A program made the position numbers and the translations under genes. From contig JAWODW010000103.1 in the NCBI GenBank assembly GCA_046483065.1, forward strand, positions 13,964 to 77,963: a stretch of 64,000 bases of DNA, in the 5' to 3' direction. Of this stretch, positions 40,383-49,708 are shown piece by piece (position 1 is the first letter of the stretch; each line of letters starts with the position of its first letter). Origin of the DNA: Longimicrobiales bacterium. GTDB lineage: Bacteria; Gemmatimonadota; Gemmatimonadetes; Longimicrobiales; RSA9. The notes under the pieces were generated by a model. It made no database searches, was not told where the DNA came from, and worked only from the letters and a program-made list of their open reading frames with translations.

Positions 40383-41060
40383 TCATGAGGTATCCGCCTC
40401 GGACCCCCAGGTTCCAGCGCGCCGCGCCGCCGTGACGAATGACCGGACCCGCTCCGGGTCCTTCCGGCACGGCTCCCGCTCCACCCCGGAGCTCACATCC
40501 ACCAGCGTGGGTCGGAACCGACGTACGGCAGCGGCCACGTTGTCCGGATTCAACCCACCCCCCACGCCCAGCACCGTGCCCGGGGGAACCCGGCCCATGG
40601 CCGCCGCGATCTCGCCCCACGGGAACCGGGCGCCCACGCCACCGTGACCCCGGTGGCTGCGACCCTCGATGAGCATCATGTCCGCCTCTGCGTACCGATC
40701 CGCCGCCGCCAGCAGCTCTTCGGCCCGCTCCGGCTTCACCACCTTCCAGACCTCGAGCCCCTCCGCCGCCAGCACGGAGATCCGCTCCGGCGGCTCCCGT
40801 CCGTGGAGCTGAATGACGTCCAGCCCCAGCCGCTCCGCCTCGCGCAGGATCGTGGCGACCGATGCGTCCACGTAGACCCCCACCTTCCGGGCGCCCGCCG
40901 CCGCCTCGCAGATGGACCGGGCGACCCCCACCGGCCGCGTGCGGCGGCTGTCCGGCACCCGGATCACGCCCACGTGCGTGGCGCCCGCTTCCACCGCCAT
41001 CGCCGCGTCCGCAGAGTCGCAGACCCCGCAGATCTTCACGTCCGGAAGCCGCGGCGTCAC
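40383..41060 (-). CDS. trpF: Phosphoribosylanthranilate isomerase
   Basis: Motifs [20 protein letters not shown] and DVSSGVE..KD. Confidence 0.94.
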   Translation of the reverse strand: MTPRLPDVKICGVCDSADAAMAVEAGATHVGVIRVPDSRRTRPVGVARSICEAAAGARKVGVYVDASVATILREAERLGLDVIQLHGREPPERISVLAAEGLEVWKVVKPERAEELLAAADRYAEADMMLIEGRSHRGHGGVGARFPWGEIAAAMGRVPPGTVLGVGGGLNPDNVAAAVRRFRPTLVDVSSGVEREPCRKDPERVRSFVTAARRAGTWGSEADTS

Positions 41061-41866
41061 GACGTCGTGCCCCTCGCCTCGCCCGTCCGCGGCCGATCGA
41101 CCAGGCGAGCCACCGCCGCCATGGCGTCCGCCGACCGGACCAGCGACTCGCCCACCAGCACCGCGTCGACCCCCACAGCGCCCAGCCGGTCCACGTCCTC
41201 CGGCTCATGGATTCCGCTCTCACCCACCACCACCACGTCCGCCGGGACCCGGGGCGCCAGCGCCTCGGCCACTCCCAGGTCGGTCTCGAACGTCGTCAGG
41301 TCCCGGTTGTTGATACCGACCACCGGTGCCCCGACCTCCAGCGCCCGCTCCAGCTCCCCGGCGTCATGGGTCTCCACCAGCGCCGCCATCCCCAGCTCCA
41401 CGGCCGCCGCCAGCAGCTCCGACAGCTCGTCACCCTCGAGGATCCGGACGATCAGCAGCACTGCGTCCGCACCCATGGCCCGGGCTTCATACACCTGGAC
41501 CGGGTCGAGAATGAAGTCCTTTCGCAGCACCGGGACATCCACCGCGCCCCGCGCCGATTCCAGGTCCTCCCGGCTCCCGCCGAAGTGCGCCTCGTCCGTC
41601 AGCACGCTGATGGCCGACGCGCCCCCGTGCGCATACACCGAGGCCTGCCCCGCCGCGTTCAGCTCACGATTGATCCACCCCGCCGACGGCGATTTCCGCT
41701 TGATCTCCGCGATCACCGATACGGTCTCACCGCCCCGCAGCGCCGCCGCAAAGTCGCGGGTCGGCCCCGCCGCCTCCGCCTGCTTCCGCAGGGCGCCGGC
41801 CCACGGCGCCAGGCGGCCGACCTCCGCCCGCTTGCCTCGTACGATCTCATCCAGCACGCCTGTCAT
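41057..41866 (-). CDS. trpC: Indole-3-glycerol phosphate synthase
   Basis: Motifs IAEIKRKSPSAG, ISVLTD, LRKDF, GADAVLLI, GINNRDL and ESGI. Confidence 0.97.
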   Translation of the reverse strand: MTGVLDEIVRGKRAEVGRLAPWAGALRKQAEAAGPTRDFAAALRGGETVSVIAEIKRKSPSAGWINRELNAAGQASVYAHGGASAISVLTDEAHFGGSREDLESARGAVDVPVLRKDFILDPVQVYEARAMGADAVLLIVRILEGDELSELLAAAVELGMAALVETHDAGELERALEVGAPVVGINNRDLTTFETDLGVAEALAPRVPADVVVVGESGIHEPEDVDRLGAVGVDAVLVGESLVRSADAMAAVARLVDRPRTGEARGTTS

Positions 41867-41868
41867 CC

Positions 41869-41916
41869 TTGCGCTTCGGTCCCTGTTCGGGTACTATGCC
41901 TTCGGACTTTCTTCGG
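41869..41916 (+). promoter_or_regulatory. lexA promoter with two candidate LexA operators
   Basis: TTGCGC(41869)-17-TACTAT(41892). CTTCGG-N5-GTTCGG (41874-41890) lies in the spacer and CTTCGG-N5-CTTCGG (41900-41916) lies over the start site. Confidence 0.7.
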
Positions 41917-41938
41917 AGGCGACCCAGCGAGGATCACC

Positions 41939-42562
41939 ATGACACTGCACACCAAAAAGCCGCTGACCAAGAAACAGAAGGAGATCCTCGACTTCATCGG
42001 GGACTTCCGGCAGGAAAACGGCTACGCACCCAGCTTCGAGGAGATCGCCGACCACTTCGGCTACGGATCTCTGGCCACCGTACACGAGCACCTCGAAAAC
42101 TTGCAGACGAAGGGGTACATCCGAAAGGGGTACAACGAGAGTCGCTCCATCGAGGTGGTCCCGGCAGAGATCAAGGCGGTCGCGGCGCAGCTCCCGCTTC
42201 TGGGGAACGTGGCGGCGGGCGAGCCCATTGAAGCGATCCAGGAGCAAGAGACCGTGTCGGTCCCGGAGGACATGCTGGGCCGCGGTGAGCATTATGTGCT
42301 GCGTGTGAACGGCGATTCGATGATCGAGGAGCAGATCCGGGACGGCGACTACCTGGTGGTCAAGCAGCGGCGCACGGCCGACAACGGCGAGATGGTGGTG
42401 GCGCTGGTGGACCAGGAGTCGGCTACCGTGAAGAAGTTCTACCGTGAAGGCAACCAGATCCGGCTCCAGCCGGCCAACGAGGCGATGGAGCCCATGTACT
42501 TCGGCGCGGATCGTGTCCTGGTGCAGGGGATCGTCGTCGGTGTGATCCGGAGGTACGCATGA
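41939..42562 (+). CDS. lexA: SOS repressor LexA
   Basis: LTKKQKEIL, wHTH GYAPSFEEIA..TVHEHL, cleavage site VAAG, catalytic Ser in GDSM and catalytic Lys in ATVKK. Confidence 0.97.
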   Translation: MTLHTKKPLTKKQKEILDFIGDFRQENGYAPSFEEIADHFGYGSLATVHEHLENLQTKGYIRKGYNESRSIEVVPAEIKAVAAQLPLLGNVAAGEPIEAIQEQETVSVPEDMLGRGEHYVLRVNGDSMIEEQIRDGDYLVVKQRRTADNGEMVVALVDQESATVKKFYREGNQIRLQPANEAMEPMYFGADRVLVQGIVVGVIRRYA

Positions 42563-42717
42563 AGCGCAATGACCGTCCGTTCCTGGTGGGGCGGAGGACG
42601 CAGAAGGGTACCACGGTGGTCCTGCTCCGCAGGTCCGATCGTCCCGTCCTTGATCGCCCCGTGTTCCCGGGCCCGTGGACGCTCCGGGCCGTGGTCACCC
42701 CGAACCAGAAACGGTAG
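42559..42717 (+). CDS. Unannotated 52-aa basic protein coupled to lexA
   Basis: ATGA overlap with the lexA stop and a GGAGGT SD just upstream. Most codons end in G/C. Translation: MKRNDRPFLVGRRTQKGTTVVLLRRSDRPVLDRPVFPGPWTLRAVVTPNQKR. Confidence 0.55.
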   Translation: MKRNDRPFLVGRRTQKGTTVVLLRRSDRPVLDRPVFPGPWTLRAVVTPNQKR

Positions 42718-42728
42718 CAGCAGCGGCC

Positions 42729-43808
42729 TCAGCCCTCGGCCAGCACCCGTCGAGTGGCCGACCGGAGGCGCTCGAGGCCATCGAGGGCGGCCCCATCGGC
42801 CAGTGCGGCGTCGGCCTTCTGCACACCCTCTTCCAGCGACGCGACGGTCCCGCTGACGTAGACGGCCGCGCCTGCGTTCAACACCACGGCGGCTCGGGCC
42901 GCGTCGTGCCTCTCCCCTTCGAACACCTCCATGACCACGCGCGCGTTGTGGCCCGGCTCTCCGCCGGCCAGGTCGTCGGCGCTGAGGCCGTCCCAACCGA
43001 AGTCGCCGGGCGTGACCTCGTAGCGCCGGACCGTCCCCGCGTCCAGCTCGGCGACGTGCGTGGTTCCCAGGGGGCTGAGCTCATCGAGACCCGGCTCGCC
43101 GAAGACCACCAGTGCCCGATGATGCCCGAGCTCGCGGAGCCCGTGAGCTACGAGGTCCAGGAGCGCCGGGTTGGTCACGCCCACCACCTGCCGGCGCGCC
43201 CCGGCCGGGTTCGTCAGTGGCCCGAGCAGGTTCATGATGGTGGGGATCCCCAGCCCGCGCCGCACCGGCGCCACGTGGCGCATGGCCGGGTGCAGGAGCG
43301 GTGCGAACATGAAGACGATCCCGGCCTCCTCGAGGACGGCGGCCATGGCCTCCGGCTCCAGCTCGATCTGCACCCCGAGTGCCTCCAGGATGTCGGCGCT
43401 GCCGCACCTGGAGGTGAACGAGCGGTTCCCGTGCTTCGCGATCCGCACGCCCATGCCCGCGGCGAGGATCGCGGCCGCCGTGGAGATATTGAAGGTGGTC
43501 AGTGCACCCCCACCCGTCCCGCACGTGTCCACCAGCGAGTCCGGGTCCGTGGCCTCCACCGGCAGCATGGCGTCCCGGAGGGCCCGAACTCCGCCCGCCA
43601 CCTCCGAGGCCGCCTCGCCCTTGGTCCGCAGTCCCACCAGCAGCCCCGCCACCTGGATCTGGGAGGCGCGCCCGCCCATGACGTGATTGAACGCGGCCCG
43701 GCTGTCCTCGCCCGAGAGGTCCGTGGGCGTGGAGATGCGGGCGATGAGCTCCTTGAGCGACGGGCCGATGTCGGCGTCCGCAATATCGGGATCGGGTCGG
43801 TGGGTCAT
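42729..43808 (-). CDS. trpD: Anthranilate phosphoribosyltransferase
   Basis: Motifs DTCGTGG, FNISTAAA, AKHGNRS..S..GSADILEALG, NLLGPLTNP and GLDE. Start ATG 43808. Confidence 0.96.
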   Translation of the reverse strand: MTHRPDPDIADADIGPSLKELIARISTPTDLSGEDSRAAFNHVMGGRASQIQVAGLLVGLRTKGEAASEVAGGVRALRDAMLPVEATDPDSLVDTCGTGGGALTTFNISTAAAILAAGMGVRIAKHGNRSFTSRCGSADILEALGVQIELEPEAMAAVLEEAGIVFMFAPLLHPAMRHVAPVRRGLGIPTIMNLLGPLTNPAGARRQVVGVTNPALLDLVAHGLRELGHHRALVVFGEPGLDELSPLGTTHVAELDAGTVRRYEVTPGDFGWDGLSADDLAGGEPGHNARVVMEVFEGERHDAARAAVVLNAGAAVYVSGTVASLEEGVQKADAALADGAALDGLERLRSATRRVLAEG

Positions 43809-43871
43809 GGGCTCGGCTACGGTTGAGGAATTCGCAACCTTTCGGGACGCGAGGGCGGTGTCAAGCGGGGC

Positions 43872-44170
43872 ACGCCGCAGCGCGGCGCGCAACAGGCGGG
43901 GCGTTCCGCCGCGCAACACGCGGCCTTCGTTCGCAACAGGCGCGCCCTGCGGGCTTGCCAACAGGCCGTCGCTGCGCTCCGGCAACCGATTCGGCCCTGC
44001 AGGCCTCGCAAGAGAACCGCGGCCCACCCCGCTCACCGAGCGAAGCGAGGCCCCTGCCCGGCCGCCAGACCGGGCCGTTGCGAGGCGAAGTCGAGCCTGT
44101 TGCACCGCGCCCGCGGTGCCTGTTGGCGGCGCAGCCGGCCTGTTGCGAGGCGAAGCCGAGCCGTTACCTT
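43872..44170. repeat. Second bipartite GCAACAGG / CCTGTTGC mini-hairpin array
   Basis: GCAAC-type cores at 43889, 43913, 43933, 43957, 43982 and 44008 (20-26 bp spacing). GTTGC-type cores at 44075, 44096, 44119, 44139 and 44161. Confidence 0.82.
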
Positions 44171-44177
44171 CCGCCCC

Positions 44178-44969
44178 GTGCAGCGGATCAAGCTGACGCT
44201 CCATTACGACGGCTCGGGGTTCCACGGCTGGCAGGTTCAGCCGGGTCTACGCACCGTGCAGGGCGAGATCGACGCGGCCCTGTCGCGGCTGGCGGACCGG
44301 GAAATCCGGACCATCGCGGCGGGGCGCACGGACGCGGGGGTACACGCCATCGGGCAGGTGGCGAGCACCGCCATGCCGGAGAAGTGGGCGCCGGCAGCAC
44401 TCGGGAAATCCCTGAACGCGATCCTCCCGAGGGACATCTGGGTGTCGGGTGTCGAGGCCGTGCCGGACGCGTTCCACGCGCTTCGGAGCGCCACGGCCCG
44501 GGGTTACATTTACCGGGTGGGTACCGGCGCAGCGTCCCGTTCCCCGTTCCGGCACCCCTGGTGCTGGTCGGTGGAGGACCCGCTGGACCGGGCCGTGCTG
44601 GACCGGAGCGCCGCGGCGCTGGTGGGTGAGCACTCGTTCCGCGGATACGCCAAGAGCGGCCAGGAGTACCGGGGCCACCGCTGCACCGTGCACGTGGCCC
44701 GCTGGTGTGAGTGGTCGGGCGGTCTGGAGCTCCGCGTGGTCGCCGACCGGTTCCTGCACCACATGGCGCGCTACCTGGTGGGCACGATGGTGGACGCGGC
44801 CCTGGGTCGGCGCCCGGAGTCCGAGGTGACCGGACTGCTGGACGAGAGCAAGCTGGACACGCTGGTGACGTCGCCCCCCGCCCCGGCGGGGGGACTGTTC
44901 CTGGCGCGTGTGTACTATGGCGATGAACCCATCAACCCGGAGGGACCCGAGAATGAAGATCTTCCTTGA
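44178..44969 (+). CDS. truA: tRNA pseudouridine(38-40) synthase
   Basis: Motifs [27 protein letters not shown] and APAGGLFL. Start GTG 44178. Confidence 0.95.
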   Translation: MQRIKLTLHYDGSGFHGWQVQPGLRTVQGEIDAALSRLADREIRTIAAGRTDAGVHAIGQVASTAMPEKWAPAALGKSLNAILPRDIWVSGVEAVPDAFHALRSATARGYIYRVGTGAASRSPFRHPWCWSVEDPLDRAVLDRSAAALVGEHSFRGYAKSGQEYRGHRCTVHVARWCEWSGGLELRVVADRFLHHMARYLVGTMVDAALGRRPESEVTGLLDESKLDTLVTSPPAPAGGLFLARVYYGDEPINPEGPENEDLP

Positions 44970-45621
44970 TACGGCCGACCTGAGCGAGATTCAGCGAGCG
45001 GCGGACGCCGGCCTCATTGACGGCATCACGACGAACCCATCGCTGCTCTCGAAGGCCGCCGGCGATGGGGGCGACCCCCGGGCCATTCTGAAGGAGATCT
45101 GCGACACGGTGGACGGTCCCATCAGCGCCGAGGTGGTGGCCACCGACGCCGACACCATGGTGGAGGAGGGGACGAAGCTGGCGCAGATCGCCGACAATAT
45201 CGTGGTGAAGTGCCCGCTGACCGAGGACGGGCTGGTGGCGTGCCAGCGGCTCCGGGCCAAGGGTATCAAGGTCAACGTCACCCTCTGCTTCTCCGCCACA
45301 CAGGCGCTCCTGGCGGCCAAGGCGGGCGCGACCTACATCTCGCCGTTCGTCGGGCGCCTGGACGACATTTCCAGCGACGGGATGGAGCTGATCCGCCAGA
45401 TCCGCATCATCTACGACAACTACGACTTCGACACCGAGATCCTGGCAGCGTCGATCCGACACCCTCAGCACGTGGTGGAATCGGCCATGATGGGCGCCGA
45501 CGTGGGCACCCTCCCGCCGAAGGTGCTCTGGCAGCTCGTGAAGCATCCGCTGACGGACAAGGGGCTCGCTGCCTTCCTGGCCGACTGGGACAAGCTGCCG
45601 GAGGACGCCCGCGTCATCTGA
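44953..45621 (+). CDS. tal: Transaldolase (short TalC/FSA-like family)
   Basis: [15 protein letters not shown], Schiff-base Lys in VVKCP, NVTLCFS and [11 protein letters not shown]. Glu in ISAEV and Phe in SPFV favour transaldolase over FSA. Confidence 0.9.
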   Translation: MKIFLDTADLSEIQRAADAGLIDGITTNPSLLSKAAGDGGDPRAILKEICDTVDGPISAEVVATDADTMVEEGTKLAQIADNIVVKCPLTEDGLVACQRLRAKGIKVNVTLCFSATQALLAAKAGATYISPFVGRLDDISSDGMELIRQIRIIYDNYDFDTEILAASIRHPQHVVESAMMGADVGTLPPKVLWQLVKHPLTDKGLAAFLADWDKLPEDARVI

Positions 45622-45628
45622 GCGACCC

Positions 45629-47131
45629 ATGCGCGTGATCTTCTCCCCCACCCCGCTCCTCATCGGCCTGCTCTGGCTGGCTGCGGTGGGGTGTGCCGAT
45701 GCGCCCCGCTCGCAGGCGGACAACGGCCGCTCGCTCGCGAGTGCCGAAGGCCTCGCGGCGGACCTCGATGGTGCCGCGGAGCCGGCAGGAACGAGCGCAG
45801 CCCGGCCCGGCCCGCAGGAGGCGACCGAGCAGGACCCGATCGCCGCGTCGCGCCGCACGGCCATCGTTCGGGCCGCCGAGGCCGTGGCCCCGGGAGTGGT
45901 CAGTGTGAACGTGATCCGCCGCCAGACCGTGCGCCCCCGCTCCCTCTACGAGCAGTTCTTCGTCCCCCGTGGCACCGAGCGGCAGGTGGCGGGCCTGGGA
46001 TCCGGGTTCATCATCCATGGTGACGGGCTCGTGCTCACGAACGAGCACGTGGTACGGGGTGCCACAGAGATCGTGGTGACCCTCGCCGACGGTCGGGACT
46101 TCCCGGCGGAGCTGGTGGGCACCGACGAGGTGAACGATCTGGCGCTGCTGCGGCTCGAGACGAACGGCGAGGAGCTCACGAAGGTTCCGCTGGGCACGTC
46201 GAACGACCTCCTGATCGGCGAATGGGTGGTGGCCATCGGCAACCCCTTCGGCTACCTGCTGAGCAACCCGGAGCCCACGGTCACGGCGGGTGTGGTCAGC
46301 GGGCTGAACCGCAACATCATCCCCACGAGCGACGACAACAGCGGGTACTATCTGGGTATGATCCAGACGGATGCCTCGGTCAACCCCGGCAACTCGGGCG
46401 GTCCGCTGGTCAACGCCGCGGGCAAGGTAGTGGGCGTGAACTCGTCGATCTTCTCCCGGAGCGGCGGGAGCGAGGGCCTCGGCTTCGCCATTCCCATCGA
46501 TCGGGCCCGGAACGTGGTCCTCGACCTGATCGATGACGGCGAGGTCCGGCGGCCGTGGACGGGGCTGGAGCTGGAGCCGGCGGACCCGAACCGCTTCGGC
46601 CGGAGCCGGCAGGTCCGGGTGGCCCGGGTGGCGCCGGGCTCGCCGGCCGACTCGGCGGGGCTGGAGCCCGGGATGCTGATCTGGAGTGCCAACGGCCAGG
46701 CGATCCGCACCCCGTTGGACTGGGAGGCCGCGCTCCTCGAGGTCCGGGTCGGCCACACCATCTCCCTGCGAGTGGGAGAGGAGGGTGAGCAAACGGTCCT
46801 GCTCCAGGCCGCAGACCTGCCGTCGCTGGTGGCCGAGCGGGTCAGCGCGCTGGAGGAGTTCGAGCTGGTCACCCTGACGCCGGCCATCCGGAGCGAATGG
46901 GGGCTCCGGAGCGAGAGCGGCGCACTGGTGGTTGGGGTCTCGGAGCGCGTGCAGCGGATGCTCGGTATCCGGGAGGGTGACCTGATCGTGGGGATCAACC
47001 GGGTCGCCATCTCGTCCGCCGAGGAAGCGGCCGAATACCTCCGCAGCCTGCAGCAGATCGAAGGGCGGGTACCGGTGCGGATGCTCATGGAACGCGGTGG
47101 CCGGGAGTTCTACGCGGCCTTCAGACTCTAG
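45629..47131 (+). CDS. HtrA/DegP-family serine protease with PDZ domains
   Basis: GLGSGFII, TNEHVV, DLALL, AIGNPFG and IQTDASVNPGNSGGPL. Possible lipobox AVGC. Confidence 0.93.
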   Translation: MRVIFSPTPLLIGLLWLAAVGCADAPRSQADNGRSLASAEGLAADLDGAAEPAGTSAARPGPQEATEQDPIAASRRTAIVRAAEAVAPGVVSVNVIRRQTVRPRSLYEQFFVPRGTERQVAGLGSGFIIHGDGLVLTNEHVVRGATEIVVTLADGRDFPAELVGTDEVNDLALLRLETNGEELTKVPLGTSNDLLIGEWVVAIGNPFGYLLSNPEPTVTAGVVSGLNRNIIPTSDDNSGYYLGMIQTDASVNPGNSGGPLVNAAGKVVGVNSSIFSRSGGSEGLGFAIPIDRARNVVLDLIDDGEVRRPWTGLELEPADPNRFGRSRQVRVARVAPGSPADSAGLEPGMLIWSANGQAIRTPLDWEAALLEVRVGHTISLRVGEEGEQTVLLQAADLPSLVAERVSALEEFELVTLTPAIRSEWGLRSESGALVVGVSERVQRMLGIREGDLIVGINRVAISSAEEAAEYLRSLQQIEGRVPVRMLMERGGREFYAAFRL

Positions 47132-47140
47132 GAGGACAGG

Positions 47141-48601
47141 TTGGATCCAACGTTGAGAGAGCGCCTGGAGGCCGGCGGGCCGGGCACCGAGTACCGGAAT
47201 CCGCTCACGGAGCGGTACGCGTCGCCGGAAATGAGCCGGATCTTCTCGCCGGCGTTCAAGTTCGGCACGTGGCGGCGCCTCTGGCTGGCGCTGGCCGAAG
47301 CCGAGCAGGCGCTGGGCGTCGAGATCCCGGACGAGGCCGTGGCCCAGATGCGGGAGCACCTCGATGACATCGACCTGGACGCCGCGGCCGAGCACGAGCG
47401 CCGGCTCCGGCACGACGTCATGGCCCACGTCTACCACTTCGGCGAGGTGGCACCGAAGGCGCGGCCGTTCATCCACCTGGGCGCCACCAGCAGCTTCGTC
47501 ACCGACAACACGGAGCTGATCCAGCAGCGGGAGGCGCTGCGGCTGGTGCGGCGACGGCTCCTGTCATGCATCGCGGCGCTGGCCGCCTTCGCGGCCGAGC
47601 ACCGCGACCTGCCGACGCTGGGCTTCACGCACTTCCAGCCGGCGCAGCCCACCACCGTGGGCAAGCGGGCCACGCTCTGGCTCCAGGACCTGGTCCTGGA
47701 CCTGGAGGAGGTGGACCACCGTCTGGCCACGCTCCGGGCCCGGGGCGTCCGCGGCGCCACCGGCACCCAGGCCTCGTTCCTCGAGCTCTTCGACGGCGAC
47801 CACGACAGGGTCGACGCGCTCCAGCGACGGATCGCCGACGCCATGGATTTCGATCGGGTCTACGGCGTGACGGGCCAGACGTACCCCCGGAAGGTAGACC
47901 ACGCCACCCTTTCCACCCTCGGCGGGATCGCCGCCTCGACCTCGAAGTTCGCCCATGACATCCGGCTACTGGCTCACCTCCGCGAGGTGGAGGAGCCGTT
48001 CGGCGAGAAGCAGATCGGGTCGTCGGCCATGCCGTACAAGCGGAACCCCATGCGCGCCGAGCGGATCACGGGGCTCGCACGGCACGTCCTGGCGCTGGGC
48101 ACGGATGCCGGCTTCACCGCAGCCACCCAGTGGTTCGAGCGCACCCTCGACGACTCGGCGAACCGACGGATCGCCCTCGGCGAGGCGTACCTGGCCACCG
48201 ACGCCATCCTGCTCCTGGTCCACAACGTGGCCGCGGGGCTGGTGGTTCACCCGACGGTGATCCGTCGGCGGCTCGAGCAGGAGATGCCGTTCCTGGCCAC
48301 CGAGTCGATCCTCATGCACGCCGTCCGTGGCGGCGGCGACCGGCAGGACCTCCACGAGCGGATCCGGCACCACGCCATCGCCGCCGCCGACCGGCTCAAG
48401 GCCGAGGGTGGGGAGAATGACCTTCCGGAGCGGATCGCCGGAGACGATGCGTTCGGGCTCGACCTCGAGGCGGTCCGGTCGATCCTGGCCCCGGAGCGCC
48501 ATATCGGGCGGTCGGCCCGCCAGGTCGATGTGTTCCTGGCGGAGCTGGAGCCCGTCCTGGCCGAAGCGGAGTCAGGCGCGACGCCGGAGCTGCGGGCATG
48601 A
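47141..48601 (+). CDS. purB: Adenylosuccinate lyase
   Basis: Motifs RHDVMAHV, IHLGATS, GFTHFQPAQ, GSSAMPYKRNP and ERTLDDSA. Confidence 0.96.
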   Translation: MDPTLRERLEAGGPGTEYRNPLTERYASPEMSRIFSPAFKFGTWRRLWLALAEAEQALGVEIPDEAVAQMREHLDDIDLDAAAEHERRLRHDVMAHVYHFGEVAPKARPFIHLGATSSFVTDNTELIQQREALRLVRRRLLSCIAALAAFAAEHRDLPTLGFTHFQPAQPTTVGKRATLWLQDLVLDLEEVDHRLATLRARGVRGATGTQASFLELFDGDHDRVDALQRRIADAMDFDRVYGVTGQTYPRKVDHATLSTLGGIAASTSKFAHDIRLLAHLREVEEPFGEKQIGSSAMPYKRNPMRAERITGLARHVLALGTDAGFTAATQWFERTLDDSANRRIALGEAYLATDAILLLVHNVAAGLVVHPTVIRRRLEQEMPFLATESILMHAVRGGGDRQDLHERIRHHAIAAADRLKAEGGENDLPERIAGDDAFGLDLEAVRSILAPERHIGRSARQVDVFLAELEPVLAEAESGATPELRA

Positions 48602-49530
48602 GCGAGGCGGCGCAGGCCCCGCTCTGGGCGTCCGAGCTACCCTACCCCCTCCACGCCCGGGGCAAGGTCCGGGAGATGTACGACGTGGGCGAGGGGCGTC
48701 TGCTCATGGTGGCCTCGGACCGGCTCAGCGCCTTCGACGTGGTCATGGACCGGCCGATCCCGTGGAAGGGGCGCGTCCTCACGGCCGTCACCGTCTGGTG
48801 GCTCGAGCGGCTTACCGACCTGGTGGACACGCACCTGATCGCTGCGGACCCGGCCGAGATCATCGACCGCGTGCCCGGACTCGCCGACACCCGCGAGCAG
48901 TGGGCCGGCCGTGCGCTCCTCGTGCGCAGGACGGAGCCGGTGCCCGTGGAGTGCGTGGTCCGGGGCTACCTCTCCGGCTCCGCGTGGAAGGAGTATCAGC
49001 GCTCCGAGACACTGGCGGGGGAGCCCATGCCCGGCGGGCTGGTGGAGAGCGGCCGCCTGGACCCGCCGGTCTTCTCGCCGGCCACGAAGGCCGAGGAAGG
49101 CCATGACGAGAACATCCCTGTCAGCCGGATGCGGGAGATGGTGGGCGGAGAGCTGGCGGAACAGCTCCAGGAGCTCAGCACGGCCCTCTACGAACGGGGT
49201 CGGGAGATGGCAGCCGAGCGAGGGATCATCCTGGCGGACACCAAGTTCGAGTTCGGGCTGGTGGACGGCGGCCCCATCCTCATCGACGAGGTCATGACGC
49301 CGGACTCGTCCCGGTTCTGGCCGGAGGAGAGCTATCAGCCCGGCCGGGGTCAGCCGTCGCTGGACAAGCAGCCGGTGCGTGACTTCCTGCAGGAGCTCAC
49401 CCACCGGGGCGAATGGAGCAAGCAGCCGCCCCCGCCCGATCTGCCCGACGAGGTGGTGGAGGCCACCACCCGTCGCTACCTCGAGGTCCACCGCCGGCTC
49501 ACGGGGCGGGATCTCGAGGGAGCGAACTGA
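48598..49530 (+). CDS. purC: SAICAR synthetase
   Basis: Motifs GKVREMY, SDRLSAFD, ECVVRGY, ADTKFEFG and DEVMTPDSSRFW. Confidence 0.97.
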   Translation: MSEAAQAPLWASELPYPLHARGKVREMYDVGEGRLLMVASDRLSAFDVVMDRPIPWKGRVLTAVTVWWLERLTDLVDTHLIAADPAEIIDRVPGLADTREQWAGRALLVRRTEPVPVECVVRGYLSGSAWKEYQRSETLAGEPMPGGLVESGRLDPPVFSPATKAEEGHDENIPVSRMREMVGGELAEQLQELSTALYERGREMAAERGIILADTKFEFGLVDGGPILIDEVMTPDSSRFWPEESYQPGRGQPSLDKQPVRDFLQELTHRGEWSKQPPPPDLPDEVVEATTRRYLEVHRRLTGRDLEGAN

Positions 49531-49708
49531 CCGTGCCGGGGCCCACCTCCAGACGGAAGCGGGGCTCGACGCCTTCTTCCATGCGCGCTATGGTACGCCC
49601 TCGCCTGAAGCCGCGGGTGACGGCTGTGGAGACGGCCCAGGACGACTATCATGAGCACATGGATCGGCACGTGATGACGGAGCAGCAACTCAACCAGTAC
49701 AAGGGGAT

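Noticed and set aside
41939-43808. trp attenuator/leader peptide
   Set aside because: No short ORF with tandem Trp codons was found upstream of trpD or trpC.
39200-45000. Apparent local flip in G/C skew (C-rich plus strand over trpBFC, G-rich over the lexA 3' half and truA)
   Set aside because: I cannot quantify it by eye and it is explicable by codon choice and strand. It is not evidence of horizontal transfer or an origin without a computed skew profile.
49595-49708. ZTP or PRPP riboswitch ahead of purS
   Set aside because: I could not recognise the consensus elements of either class by eye.
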